Positions 1-13,700 of a DNA stretch of 64,000 bases are shown piece by piece. The DNA is from Balanoglossus misakiensis (Eukaryota; Animalia; Hemichordata), in NCBI GenBank assembly GCA_040954595.2, contig CM082579.2, forward strand, positions 6,499,625 through 6,563,624, in the 5' to 3' direction. A model generated the notes under the pieces. The model saw nothing but the letters and a program-made list of their open reading frames with translations. It searched no databases and was not told where the DNA came from. Made by a program: the position numbers and the translations under genes. The stretch's first letter is position 1, and each line of letters opens with the position of its first letter.

Positions 1-999
1 GATTTCGTTTGGGATCTCTCAGGTGCTTGCCACAAACCACACACTGAAGCAGTCAGTTCCAGGCTATGCAAAATATAAACATCTTGGGCACACATACACA
101 ACACATAAACATGTTGGCCATTACACTTTATTGTCATGGCAACTCAGTAACAATCTTTTAGCAAAACAATCCTTCTAAAAACGGCACAAGAAATCTGCTT
201 GGTTGACAGAATCGCTTTAATTTAAAAATTACACACCTCAGCCAAACACACACAGGCCTGGCAAAAAACACCTTGACACTGTGTGGTGACTTTTTTCCTC
301 CTTTGTTTAGCTATCAAGTGAGTGCAACCGAAATCTGAATCAACACCAGGCCGACAAAAAGTGGACAAACAGGCAGAAAGGCGTTGACAGAATTACCCAC
401 GCCCATATTCAACAGTTTAATCCAAAGCGCTAACTCCAGCAAGAACTAAGAATAGCAGAACATGGTGACGTTAAAGCCACCCACTTCAGGGCTGATACTT
501 TGAATCTACAAGGGTGGCCCACCACTGCATGGCACTTCTCTCCTTCTGGTTGGTATATTGCAGTCACACCGAAGAATTCAACTACATGTACTATCGATGT
601 ATTTTAGAGGTTGAGACAATGTTCTCCCTACATTGGGTGATTTCAAAACTGATGACTTTGAGAAATGAAACTAAACAATGATACCAATACAACCTTGACT
701 AGTACACCAACATTGTGATCTTGAAAATTATCCAAGAAAGGACAGAAGAAATTGCACAGTTACTTTATGTCACACTGAACTGAAATGGCTGCTGTAACTT
801 TTACCCATAAATAACCAGACCTACTAGAATTCGTTTAACAAACCCAAAATGTAGACAACTTTTCATGTAAAAGTAAAGTAATGCTCCCCATGGATGACAG
901 CACAGGACAGTGAGATGATGTCACCACACGTCCAAATATTTGTAAGCGCTACCACGGTTGTTAGCCATAGTGATCTGTATACCCCTCCTGTTGAACAAA

Positions 1000-1660
1000 A
1001 GTGAACAGCGAACAAAGTTTAAATTTCGGTTGCCCAGCCCTAAGAACGGCCGGCAAGTGGCCGGGCGGAACAGATGGGTCGAAAGGGACAGGTGTAGAAA
1101 CTGAGCGTTACGTACCACTGCTTAGTAGTAGAGTTGCAAGACACAAGTCACGTTTGGAAGGGAACCTGGCAGCGCCCGGGATATATCTCCTCCACTTCAT
1201 TTCACGTATGTACCCTCAAGTGAGCGCAAGAACACTCCACAGCAGTGACAGACTCAACTCGCCGACTGCCCAAAAGTTTTTTGCTCAGAAATGAGCACGC
1301 GAGGTCGACGATACCCGGCTGACACCACACGATGAAATGTCACTAACCGTACTGAGTGGTGTACGTGCTGACTGGCGTATCGCACGCTACTGGTCAGCAG
1401 CCTGGCCCGCAGTACTCAAATTAGTCACCATGCATATCAAGTGATTGTTTTCGTTAAGAGGGATTTGACCAACTGAAGTACATCAAATGAGCTCAAAGGT
1501 CGTTTGGTCATAACCCAGCCTGGTGGCCCCGATACAACACCGAGATTTAGCTGCGACTCAACCATGGCATGGCCTACTGCGGTATCAATAGCGTCACGTA
1601 CTGCTCTGCCGTGCCAAAATGTAAACGATACTGTGCAATCAATAGCCGATACTCGGAGAT
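1000..1660. promoter_or_regulatory. CpG-rich promoter/enhancer-like segment
   Basis: Visibly higher GC and CpG than flanks, no convincing ORF, possible minus-strand donors (e.g. GTG|GTACGT at ~1114). Confidence 0.25.
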
Positions 1661-3145
1661 GAAAAACTTGATTTCACCAAAGAAATGTGCTGAGTATTTA
1701 CTCTAAAGAGTTATTTTTGAAACACAAACATGATTTTTCTATCTCCACTTTTCACCCACTGACCTTTATACGTAAGAACTTTCAATCATCCGAATGCTTC
1801 TGAAGTCTTGCACACTCGCTGGCATACAACAGGTGGTTTGCCTTTTTTTTTAAAAGAGTGTGCGGACAGAACTTGAGACCGATCTCTGAGACAAACATTA
1901 ACCCCAATCCAACATTTTTAGAGAAAGACGCAACCGTTCACTGCTGCTCGGAGAATTCACACACCTGCATTTCTACCCGTGCCGTCACCTCTCCCAGATT
2001 ATCCCGCCTTCGACGATTTTGACTTTTTTGTGCGCTATGCTACTTTGAGGATAAGTTACATAAGACAACTCTTTCAATTAGCCGGACCATTGTGCGCCAC
2101 TTGGGCATAAAACAATAGCAGAGGCTGAAAGGCCTTGCTAATTTTCCCCATTCATCTGGACGAGCGGCCCGGCCCTGTTATATTGAAATGACCAGCGTGA
2201 GACAAAACTGAGCTAATGATTATCCACTTGTTATTTTAACGCACTAGGAATGCAAGTCACGCACGAATACCTGGGTGACTTCGTCTAAAACAGGATTTTT
2301 TCATTTCTCATATTTCCGACTGAAGGGTGCAGCAGGCAGTTAATTTGTTCTTTGATGTTTGATGACTATACACACACAGCATGTCATGGCTTGTGTACGC
2401 TTAGCCATTGCTATGCGAGCACAGAACAGAGTCAAATACAGGCTTTTGTGAACACAGTGTACATCACCGTGCGATTTCACATGTGCGTGTTGAACACCCA
2501 TGGTGGCTACCAGCACCGCATCAGTACGCACGCACAACTAAATCCTGTATGCGAAGGACAATGTGTCCATCACTGATGGACCAACGCACACATTCAAATT
2601 GCTACAGTCCTCACATGGTGTGAAACTCACACCTGGGGGATCGATGATTCTGGATCATGGTCAGTTACGTACATCACCAGATGGACAAATTGCCAAGGAT
2701 CAGGCACACAGTGTGATCGTGCGATGGTGGAAAAACTTGGAATGTTTACGACAACACATGTGTCTTCATAAACTTGACAAAGACAGTGGTCTACACGCTC
2801 ACATGTGTTTCACAAACGAATGACTCTGAATAGTAAACACAACTCAGTTTGCCTGCATGACAACACGTGTGCTGAACGAACGAACCGCAAACAAAATCCT
2901 CGGCCATTCATTCACTAAACGGAAGCCAACTCTTCCTGTATAACGCATAAAATCCCCCAAATCGACACACCTGTTCAGCACATTTCCAGAGAACTATATA
3001 AATAGCATATATAAATAGCATACAGTCCGCACACCATACCTCCAATAGTATATGGGCCATCGTTACCCATCCTTCAGCACATGTATGTACGCAGCAAGTT
3101 GTAAATCTGTCCAGCGGGATCAAACTGACTGTATGGGTACTACTG

Positions 3146-3440
3146 ATGACGTGGTCTCGGGCCACTTTATTATGTTTGCTGGTAGTCATAGGACATGCCT
3201 AGCGATCGAGTGGGTGACAACGGCCCGAGTTCAGCGCCTCTTTACCCACTCAAAAAAATGACGACATCTACAACTGGTTTCCCGGTATGTCAAATGACGT
3301 CATCCAGTGTATAAACACAAGATGCAGGTAGCACCCAGGCAGCCTGGTTGTCACCTTTCCAGGATCGACCTCTCCAAAGGTAGATCAGAAATCATGATAA
3401 CCAGCAGGTGCTGACTGTAGAGTGTAGTGGATGACGTACG
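3146..3440. promoter_or_regulatory. CRE-like motif cluster
   Basis: Full TGACGTCA at 3295-3302, TGACG half-sites at ~3147, ~3259 and ~3432, TATAAA at 3310-3315 (+). Confidence 0.3.
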
Positions 3441-6400
3441 TAGACAAGCTCTCCAGGAGGTACTTACATGTAGCACAAACCTTGCCCTATTTAATTACCT
3501 GTGTTCGTTACAGGCATGTGTGAACTCGAAGTCATATGAAATTTTCTGCTGAAATATGCAAGCTTTGTTATATCTGTTTTGTTCAACACAATTGGCATAA
3601 ACGTAAACGTGGGCGTGTTTCACAATACAATGACAAGACCGACATTTATTTTAATGTAACATAAAAGGCATTTTCTTTTTCGTAAATGGCAAGACCATTT
3701 ATGGTTCAGTTTCCCAATTAGTGTAAGGTACTAATAGATCTGTAAAATTACCGGTAGTTCTGTATCACATTACACAACGACTCTACACACTGGACGTCAG
3801 CCAATTTCTAAAGTTCAGAAACAAATTTAGAAAGTTCAGAATTGATATTAACTAAACTTATGGCCTATTTCAGCAAAATTTGATCTATCGGTAAAGGTGG
3901 AATAATTTATAAAGGTTTGGTCGAAATCTATAAAGTTTAGGTGAGCAGGAGTAAATTTGTACGGAAGGGAAAAATAAAAAACACACACTGGAAGTTTCAC
4001 ACTTTACATAATTGACAATGAGTGCCTAGAATTTAACACCTATCTTGGTAGGCGAACCTGTATATATCTGAATCAAATCTGTTATCAGTCCAAAAACCAA
4101 CCCTGTATGCACTGCCTGCAGACATCTTGGCGCTGGCCTCACAAACACACAGATAGCATCTTGAGATATTAGAAGACCCAGAGATACAGGAGGAGGTGAT
4201 CAGTACAATTGATTTACCTGGGGTTGGTGCAGCACTGAGACTTCACAAACAGCGTGGCAACAACGTGATTTGACCAAAACAAAGTTCGACAGGTATATCT
4301 TGGGGGTAGAAATTCAGACGGATCGATTTGCACCGTTTGAACGACAGCCCCCACAGCCTTCGGAAAGGTCGGACCCCCGTTTTGAATTTAACTGATGATT
4401 TACCAAAGCCAGAAACACACAAAGGAATGGACCCGTCGGCATGGTGTTTTAACTGTAAAGGCTGCCCCTTTTATCACATGGAGAAATTAACCATGGTTCC
4501 CAAGACAAAAGAACACAATTTGGCCCAGCGCAAAACAATGCCGAGTTGATCTCAAAGGTAATGATTAGTCTAACAGTCTAGTGTAGGTGAAGTGAAACAG
4601 CCCGGGGTACTTGCGTCGGCATTTCTTTGACGGTGAATAGTCGTGATGACACAGACGTAAAAAAAACAAGACAACACAAGCCAAACAAGAGTCTGAAAAT
4701 CTCACTGTGATGACAATTTGCTTTTTGTCTCCGCGACGCGGAGAAAAACAATCCTCCGGGAGCGAGACAAGCTGTGCAGTCACACCGGGGGGTATACGAA
4801 CGAAACTGCCTTTTTTTTGCTCAATGCTTTCTCCAATGAACTGAACACCACAATGACACAAGTCCCACAAAAGTTACAGTGACTCTTTTGCACAATTCAC
4901 TAGGAACAAAACACCGCCCAGCTCAATTCAACGATTCCAGATATCCACGCAGATAAGCTCAAAAGCGGCGGTAATTTCACCCTGCGCGCATTATGCACTG
5001 TAGACACTGAAAACAAACCCAACCGCAAAATTAGGCAAATTGAGCGCATAATGACCACTGGAGAGAAGTACTTTACCCCCACTGGCTACTTGAGTTTACA
5101 GGTGAAATATTATGACAACTCTACCTGCTACATGTCGTAGGCGCAGTCTTTCTGTGTGACTATTTTGGGTCTATGCCACCTCGGAGATCATGTGATGCAA
5201 TTCCCAGACGTAGTGACTCACTGTTGCTATCACGTCATACACCTAGTTTTCCCCTTCTGCACCAATGGCATGAAAAGACTAAAACTTTTTTTCCCTTCAC
5301 TTGGTTGTCACTGTGCCTTTCGACTTCTAGACTGATCATTTTAAAGTGATCAATATTAGAACATTAGAACATTGGTATTTCTGTTAATGAAATAAATACT
5401 TTTGAAACATCTTTTTTCGACAAAAAAACTTGACTTACATGTACGACATGATCATTCAACGCAGTCCTGGTTCTGCCCTTTGTGATTTACACATCTCTGT
5501 TCAATCGGTTACATGCTGACAAAGTCACGCCAGGATTTGATATCAGTATCCATCATTGCATGCCCTCAGCAAGTCGCCTACAGGCAACGTGACTGCCCAC
5601 TGATGCCACACGCACGCACACACACACACACAGTCACTGACAGCTAACGCATCAATGCCACACAAACAAAACCTCAAAGACTCTCTCTGTCAAACACCGT
5701 CTTCCCTCCAACAGTCTAAATAACCCACAGAGGCAATTGTTTCCACAAACACTCCACCGCCGAGCCCACAACTCACAACTATTTATTGACTACAGTCGCT
5801 AGTCAGGGGGGTTGTCTTTGTTGTGAAATGCCAACACATCACAACAAAGACCACTGTAAACAGAAAGTCATATTGTGTTTATGGATCACAAACAACCTTT
5901 CATGCTGCTTTTTATCGCTACTTTGCGACACCTGCGCTTTTGTTTCGTTAATCACCTCACCTACGTCACAAACTTTCCATTCAATTTCTTGCAAGTCACA
6001 AGATGGCATACTTACATGTACAAGTACTATCTACACAAATCCTAATACAGTATATGTACACATTTTGACAGAGTAAAATTGAAACCTGTAAAATTGCAAT
6101 TCACATGTGTCATATTGACCCTAGTTCAAGTTGGGAAATGTTACCTGCACTGACCCTGAACTATAGTCACTGGTTTCAAATATGGAAGTATGCACACAGA
6201 TCAAATCTAATCAGAGAGGATTTTTAGCCTAGCTCGGCCAGGTCCTAGATCGTATGTAATGTGACTATAACACTCACAAGTGAATTTACCTGAGTTCATC
6301 ACTGACATGATCAACCAACCAACCAGTGCCCTGTCTCATGCCATCTACATGTATTACTTCCTCTGTCCATTACCCAGGTTCCAAAATTTAAGCAGCAGGG

Positions 6401-7435
6401 AAAATAAACATCGTCTCTGCATCTTCTTCTGTTGCTGTTTTCCAATGTACACAGCAAAGAAATCTGGGAGTTTCTTATTTTTTCTCCTTGACCCGACCGT
6501 GGATGACGTCCACACACGCCTCAGTGATAAATTAGTTTTGTGAAACAAGATCTTGGATGACGAACACGTCCTCTGTAAAGATTTCACCTTGGTTCTTTGT
6601 ACACCGGGCATGAACTTGGCCCCTCTCTTATTGTCAGAGGTGTTCTATCAGCCAAATATTATTGTAACGTACACACATCCATACATTATCCTGTCACGAG
6701 AACAACTGTCCGACCACTTAACTGGGGCGTTTTCTAAGTGGTTTCCATTACATTCAGGTTCAACCAACCAGTCCCGAGGGGCTCGGAAAATATGCTCTAA
6801 TGGTCCCAACTTTTGAAAACCATTTACAACGCATTTAACCTGACAGATGGGAAGGCAATATTGACAACATATACTCCAATTGTCCCGATCGAGGTAAACA
6901 TTGACACATTCACAACAGCACAAGAGTCAGAGCAGAAAGTGTGGCTGAAACTGGTCTCGCTTGGCTGTGCAGCAAGTACTGTGTTTTTGCTGACCAACAG
7001 GTGAAGGTAAAACACCCAAAGGTATACACTTCCTGTCATAAAACATTTGCCTGTTTTGGATCTGACAGACAGACGCTGAAAGAGGAACAGAACCCTCTCC
7101 ACCTTCCTGGCCTACCTTGACTTGGAATTACATTAAAGGTTAACAGTAACGTAAAAACAACCTGTGTGATTAGCAAGTGTGATTACAGGAGGTTAATTGT
7201 AGTGAAGGTCAATGACCAGAAACACAGGAAACTGTGTGTGTACAGCCGAGACCTTGACACTCACACTGGAATTCCTGCTCAGTGCATTATTCAGGATGTG
7301 CATGTATATAATCACCTGTTGGTTTCTCTGGTCGTTTAGTTGGCTTTGTGGTGGCGTATCCGACGACATACCATGTGAGTGTGAGCACGTTCATGTATAT
7401 ATATACCCACGTGAATGCAGTGCAAATGACAGACC

Positions 7436-7720
7436 TATGTACATTTACATGTATGTACATACATGTACATGAACATAACATACATACCTATACATGTAGA
7501 TATGTCACATACATATACATGTACATGTGTACATACATCATACATCCCATCAATTGATCACTCTATCCATCCATCCATCCATTGGATCCATCCATCATCC
7601 CTATATCCATCCATCCATCCATCCATCCATCATCCCTATGTCCTTCCATCCATCCATCCGTCCATCCATTCATCCATCCATGATCAATCACCCATCCATC
7701 CATCATCCATCCGTTCATCC
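7436..7720. repeat. Compound simple repeat: degenerate TACATG/TACA tract followed by (CCAT)n
   Basis: Directly visible. It explains the HPSI-rich ORFs 7463..7759 and 7527..7727. Confidence 0.95.
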
Positions 7721-10700
7721 AAAGTGAAACACGTCTACACACTGGATTTTACGTCTTAATTAGACTGCAGTCTATCCTGAGCGTCTAGCCACGGTTACTG
7801 AAATCCTCATCAATCAAACCAATACGCCCAAGTTCATCAGTTCAACGCCAGCCAAGGATGTACACGCATCCTTGATCTAGAGACAACAACGTAAGCCCGC
7901 ACAAAAAGCAACAACACCCTGACCTTCCACTCATCCATAGCTGTTATTTCATTATCTGTGTACGCATGGAAATGCACTTGGGGGTGAAAGCAGCCATGCC
8001 ATATACGGCCCTTGACTCAGAGGTTAATTTTCCCCCGTGGCGACTCCGTGAGGGAATGTCTGCAACCGTATTCCCCTTGCAAGGGCACGAACGCACGTTA
8101 AAACACACAGTTATAATAAAATGCGGCACTTTTGAATTTTATTGGCTGTCCTTGTGAGCGTGTTTCTCGTGGCAACGACATTGCTGACCTTCTTGCACAC
8201 ACAGCCTGTGGCATACCAATATCAATTTTCCGAGAACGTATCCATTTTCACTCATGAACACTGTTTTGACCAATCCAATGTTAAAACTGCATTACAGAAA
8301 CAACCAACGCGACTAAAAATACATCACAAAGTAACACAATGCCACTGTTTACTTACATGTACTTATTCTGGGGAGTATAGTACCTAATTTCGTCCCAATT
8401 TCAGGTGATGCGTACAGCGGGTAATTCGTACAGAGAGTGAACCAAAAAATGCCAGAATGGTGCTTTTAAACAGGTACAGACCGGGATATCCTGCAGAGTT
8501 ATTCATATACATACAGACACACATACCTACGCTATGAGTACTGTCTTCCTAAAGTTCACCTGCAGATGCAGAACAATAGGAATCCGGAACAGGCACGTAA
8601 AGCACACGTTCGTGTGAGTCCGAAAATGGCCAGCCACGTATCATCAGACCGCGACATAACCGGCCCCCGGTCGGTAACGACAGGAACTCCACTACAACCG
8701 GCAGCATAAAAACCAAAGCAACTGCCCCCAAGGCCTGCGGTCCTTGGTAGGTCAATAAAGGTAACCCAGATTTTTTTTTATATAACACCGATAGTCGTCG
8801 AAAAACCCACAGATGCCCTTTTGTCAAACAAGCCGATTCTATACTGATTTAACAACCCGTGGCAGGAAAAAAGAAGAAAATCCTTCACATTGTCGTAAAA
8901 TTTTCTTTGGGCTTTGTTGGATCCTCCCCATATATAAATCTACCAAACACCTCTGTTACAGTGCCTTTAAAAGCAGCGCTTTTTCTTCTGCTACTGTACA
9001 CACACTAGGGACCTATTCACCTTTTGTTTGGGGGCGTGAAAAAAAAAACTGACTCACAACACAAGCTTGAACAGACACTACGCATTTGGAAGCTATAACA
9101 AACAACATTGAAGGATTTTTTATTCCTCTAAAGTTTATTTCCCCAGATCTCATCTCCGACTAATTGAGTTCAACATCTTTTCTGATACGTTCCTGTTACA
9201 AATCAGAGATAAAAACAGTCTGTCAACACACCCACTTTTTCTCTGTTTCCCATTTAGGCAAGCTGACTAAAATAGCGCTCGACTGCTCGAAGACTTTCGA
9301 TAATTGCGTAATGGAGATCTCTGGCTAATGTGAAAGACAGCGTTTTGAGGGGAAGAAGTGAAATGAGATAAAGCCAGCCCGGAGGGTAGAACGACTCCCA
9401 CACAAGTCCACTGAAGAAGAAAAAAAACAATCCGTCTGTTTTCAGCACATTTCCAAATTAAAGCAAATCACGTCCACGTCACTTTCACTTCATACAAAGA
9501 CAATCAATTTTCCGCAAAAACAAGCAAACTCACAGATTTCTGTTCCATTTCCCCCTGCTCTGTAAAATCTGTCTCCCCGCCGCAACTGTTGAGGACCCTG
9601 TGACCTGCGCCGCTTTGGTGCAGACTTTGGAATCATTAAAAAACTCAGCATCAGTTGCCTGACAAGGCTTGAAGGCTCGGCCTATTTTTATCACCGGCTC
9701 AGATGGCCACTCGACTTTCCGAGGGGAAATATGTAGGTCAAATCCTAACAGTATTACCCGGGCAAATTAGACAGTTCTTTGGTTTTGTCAACAAATCACA
9801 GCAGCACATCCAATTCTTTTTCCAACTCATATAGATTAGGGTTAATTTTTCTCAAAATACAATGTAAAGGTAATCTTATGTTTTGCAACAACCTTGCTCT
9901 AATCCCATGAATAAAATTCTCAATAGCGGCGCGTTCACATCTGACGATTACGCTGACCGAATACAAAATAACCATCACAGACACGCTCTATCGGACCACA
10001 GTTCCAGCACAGATGGGGGTTTAGGTACGGCCTAAAATTTGATGGTTCAATGATTGATCTACCGTTCAAGGAAAGAAAGTTTATGAAAAAAAGCAAAGAA
10101 GTCACTAGTGATGGCATGGCAGGTATCAGATCATTCCCGATGGGGTTACCACTCGGAAATCTTGACTAAACCCAAATTCTTAGTGAATGAATTTCAATAC
10201 GAAGGAGGAGGGGGGGGGAACAAGGCTTCCCCTTCAAGGCTGGATATTTTGGTGAGTACATGTTGAGACAGACACACACACTCTTGCTTCATGGCAATAG
10301 CGTCTCCCTCCAAGGCCAATTTTTGTCCATGAGACGGGGCCCCAGTGTAAAGGACCTCTTTCACTGGGCCACACAAAGACTCCTGAAGACAACGTGATGT
10401 AACACCACTAATCTTCCCATTGGTGAGCTATTCTCATCCGAGCCATTTTCCTCCTCCTTTTCTCCCTTATTTCCTGTCTACATGAATTCACCCATCCAAC
10501 TTGAAACGATCTGTCGATTGTTGCTGACTTGATTGATTGTCAAGCCCGCCAGCGAATCTTTTTTTTCTCCGCAAATTGAAACGAACTATTTTCTGTTTTT
10601 AGAAACTTCAACCCACACACGGGGAAACACAGGCAGTCTGGGGTTGGGAATTTCTCCGTCCTCCCACTTGTGGCGAGCTCACAGCATCGCACGATCTGCC

Positions 10701-13700
10701 CGGGGGGCACGGGGTACTCTTGTGGAGATCCCAAAACCTGGCAAATATTTATTTATGTCCTCTCGCTTTCATGCAACCTATACGCAACAATGGACATGGA
10801 TTTTCCCCTCTTAAAACAAGGTCTCTTCTGTTGCACCAGAACTCACTTCTCAAGGCAGTGTGTAGCTGCCTCCTCGCAAGCGAGACAGAATTTTACTCTA
10901 GGCAGTCTATGAGGAATCGCAAATCAAAACCCACCCCAAACTGTTCTGTTTTTGTCTTGTCTTCAATACAAGGAGATGCAAATCCCATTACCCCCCCCCC
11001 CCCCCCTGCAGAGATTCTCCGCGAGTATCCCCACAGCCGACCTCCGTGACTAAAATTAAAATCTATCTATTGGCTAATTGCAAATGGGGCTGTGGTAGAT
11101 TTCTGCTTAAAGAGTTGAGTTCTTCTAGCAATTATTCCCCAAATAACTCGTCCTAGTTCCTGCGAGTTCTATTTTGAAACATTCAATTGTACACTGAGCT
11201 TATATTCTTGAATAGCCCCATTTCGCAATTAAAATCAAAATGGAATTTTCGAAGGTTTTTTTTAATGAAAGGTAAAGTACCTGACTCAACCACTTCCTCA
11301 GGTAATAGGCAGGAAACAGAACAGTGCATGGGTCTGCCTGAATCTAAGATTTCATTCATCTCCATCGAGCTAATATTCTGGGATATTATCCAGACCGAAT
11401 ATCAAATTAAGCCACAGAGGACTGTGTTCTAAACGTCTCAGCTTGTTACTGTATTACAGACTTAATTTCACCGTTCAGACTTTCCCACAGGAGTGGTTTA
11501 CAGTCAAACTAAAGGACTCCTGGCTTGTGTTTCTATAATAATGGAAGACAGAGTCCTCGATCTCACGAGAAAGGGGAAAGTCCGACGTCAACTAAAAGAG
11601 GATGAACTGAATCTGACCTGTTTCATGAAATATGGATAAAGTTTTCAAAAACTTGCGATATTAATGTCACTCTGATATGAGAAAAATGAAACTTCTTGTG
11701 TAAGATTACACACACGGACACCTAGTATTGGTTCAGTAAAGCTGGTGGTTCAATGAGCAAATTCAAGTTCGTTCGCCCGTTTGACCACTTTGAGAGTGTC
11801 AAGTGACGTTAATATGTCTGTCACACTTTTAGGAAGTGTCCCGTTGGTTCGAATGACACAGCCACTGCAAATCCGCAGCACTACAGAGCCTTGGGTTTCC
11901 CACGTACAACCGCCGTTAAAAGGGCCAAACCCAAAACCAACAGCAGCATCCTTGTCGGTCGGTGCAAGAAATTCCTTGAATATGACTTGAAAGACTCTAC
12001 AAAATCAACAATTTCTTGACACACAGTCACTGTACTACGGTTGGAGGGGGGGGGGGGGGTATATGCTCCCCATGAAATTTAAAATAACGACCCCCTTACA
12101 CTCAAAACCGATAACAAATATTATGGCCAGTTGTTACCTAACAACAAAGTTATTTACATCGACACAGAGCCTTGTGCTAATCAATGTACGAGTGTTGAAA
12201 TTCTTATACACTGAGTATGTTGCTTCGAACTATAACTCCACCAAATGTTACTAAGACAATGAAAGTAATGAAAAGGTGACATTCTCAGAAATTCTCAGAA
12301 TCTTACCGTACGGAAAAAAAAATCCTTGAAAATTGTCCCAATTCAGAAGAGTCCACGTTTACACTCTATCACACACTACTCGTATTCTGAACAAATCAGG
12401 AAGTATTGCCATTCTCACTCACTGAGCCAACAATGGGCAATACTTCATGAAATGAATGAACTTACTGAAAATTAACAGACTCCTGTGTTTGTCTTCAGTC
12501 GGGGCAGGCATGGTAGAGACACACATGTACTGGTAACAAGCGATATGATACACTCCAATTGGCTGGGCTGGCACGACAATGGAAATGTGCCAGAGAAAGT
12601 CAACGACGCTGAAACCCTTGACAATAAGAAAGCCTACGTGACAGACGGCGAACAAACCCTGTCTGGTAGATTCCGGTTACTCTTGAATTGGGCAAGAGGG
12701 CCCTACAACCCCGTACGCCGACAACTCTAGGAAACACGCACTTCCTTCCAGATAGCCCAGTTGGCGCCACGACCTTATGGTTGTCACTTGGGGTGCAAGA
12801 ACCTAGGGAAAGGGGGCCGGTCGTTGGGTCTCGAAATTGTACTGCGTGTGTGTGTCACAGATGACTGCCACAGATTGATACCCCCCCTCCTCCGTCTAAT
12901 TTGCGAGATAGCCCCGCCCCCACCTCCAACTACGGTTAAAGTGGACCGGCCCAAACGCCGGTTTTTTGTACACACTATTCCACATGACTTCCCCTGTGGA
13001 CAAGTTGAAACTGATTCGCCCATTCATCAATAGAAACCCTACATCCTTTCAGATTTCAGTGGCGTTTCGCTCGGAGAGCATGAACCCCATACAATGTTCT
13101 ACAATGGCAGATGTTTGCGGCCATAGTTGTCGCTATTTGTTCCTCTTGTGTCTTTTTATCTTCTTTGCTTGGGAGGAAAAAAGGACGACACAAAAACTGG
13201 CTCAGAGTTGAGACTCGGGATACTTTGCAAAAAAACTTGATACTTTCCGGACTTGCACATTTTTTATGGAGGGGCTGTTAGGTGCATTTAAAACACAGTG
13301 AGAATGACTGATTACAGCAACTCTTTGAGCTAATTGAGAAAAGTCAGCCATTTCTTGAGTGAACCCCAGATCGTCATGTCCCAATAGGTCAAAATAATCA
13401 TGTTGTGAACACTCAGCATTGGTCGGAACAATATAGGTGACTTTTTCTCACTCATTTACGTATTAATAATTGGTCTGATCGGTGTCGCCATAGGTGACCA
13501 GTAGCGCACAATTGAGGCCGGGTGATTCATCTAATACCTTCACAATTATCCCTTGATCTGTCACCACACACTGATTGCTACCTCCCAGTCAGGTTATACC
13601 CCCTTTGACAGTTGCTAAATATATGTAATAGGACATCAAAAACAGTCCCAACACTCATTATATCACTCAAGGTAAACAGATTACAAGGTCCACTGTAACA

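Noticed and set aside
2340-3189. Cys/His-rich short ORFs
   Set aside because: Explained by CA/TG-rich composition, with no consistent zinc-finger spacing or splice signals.
7212-7759. His/Tyr/Pro-rich ORFs
   Set aside because: Translations of the TACATG and CCAT simple repeats.
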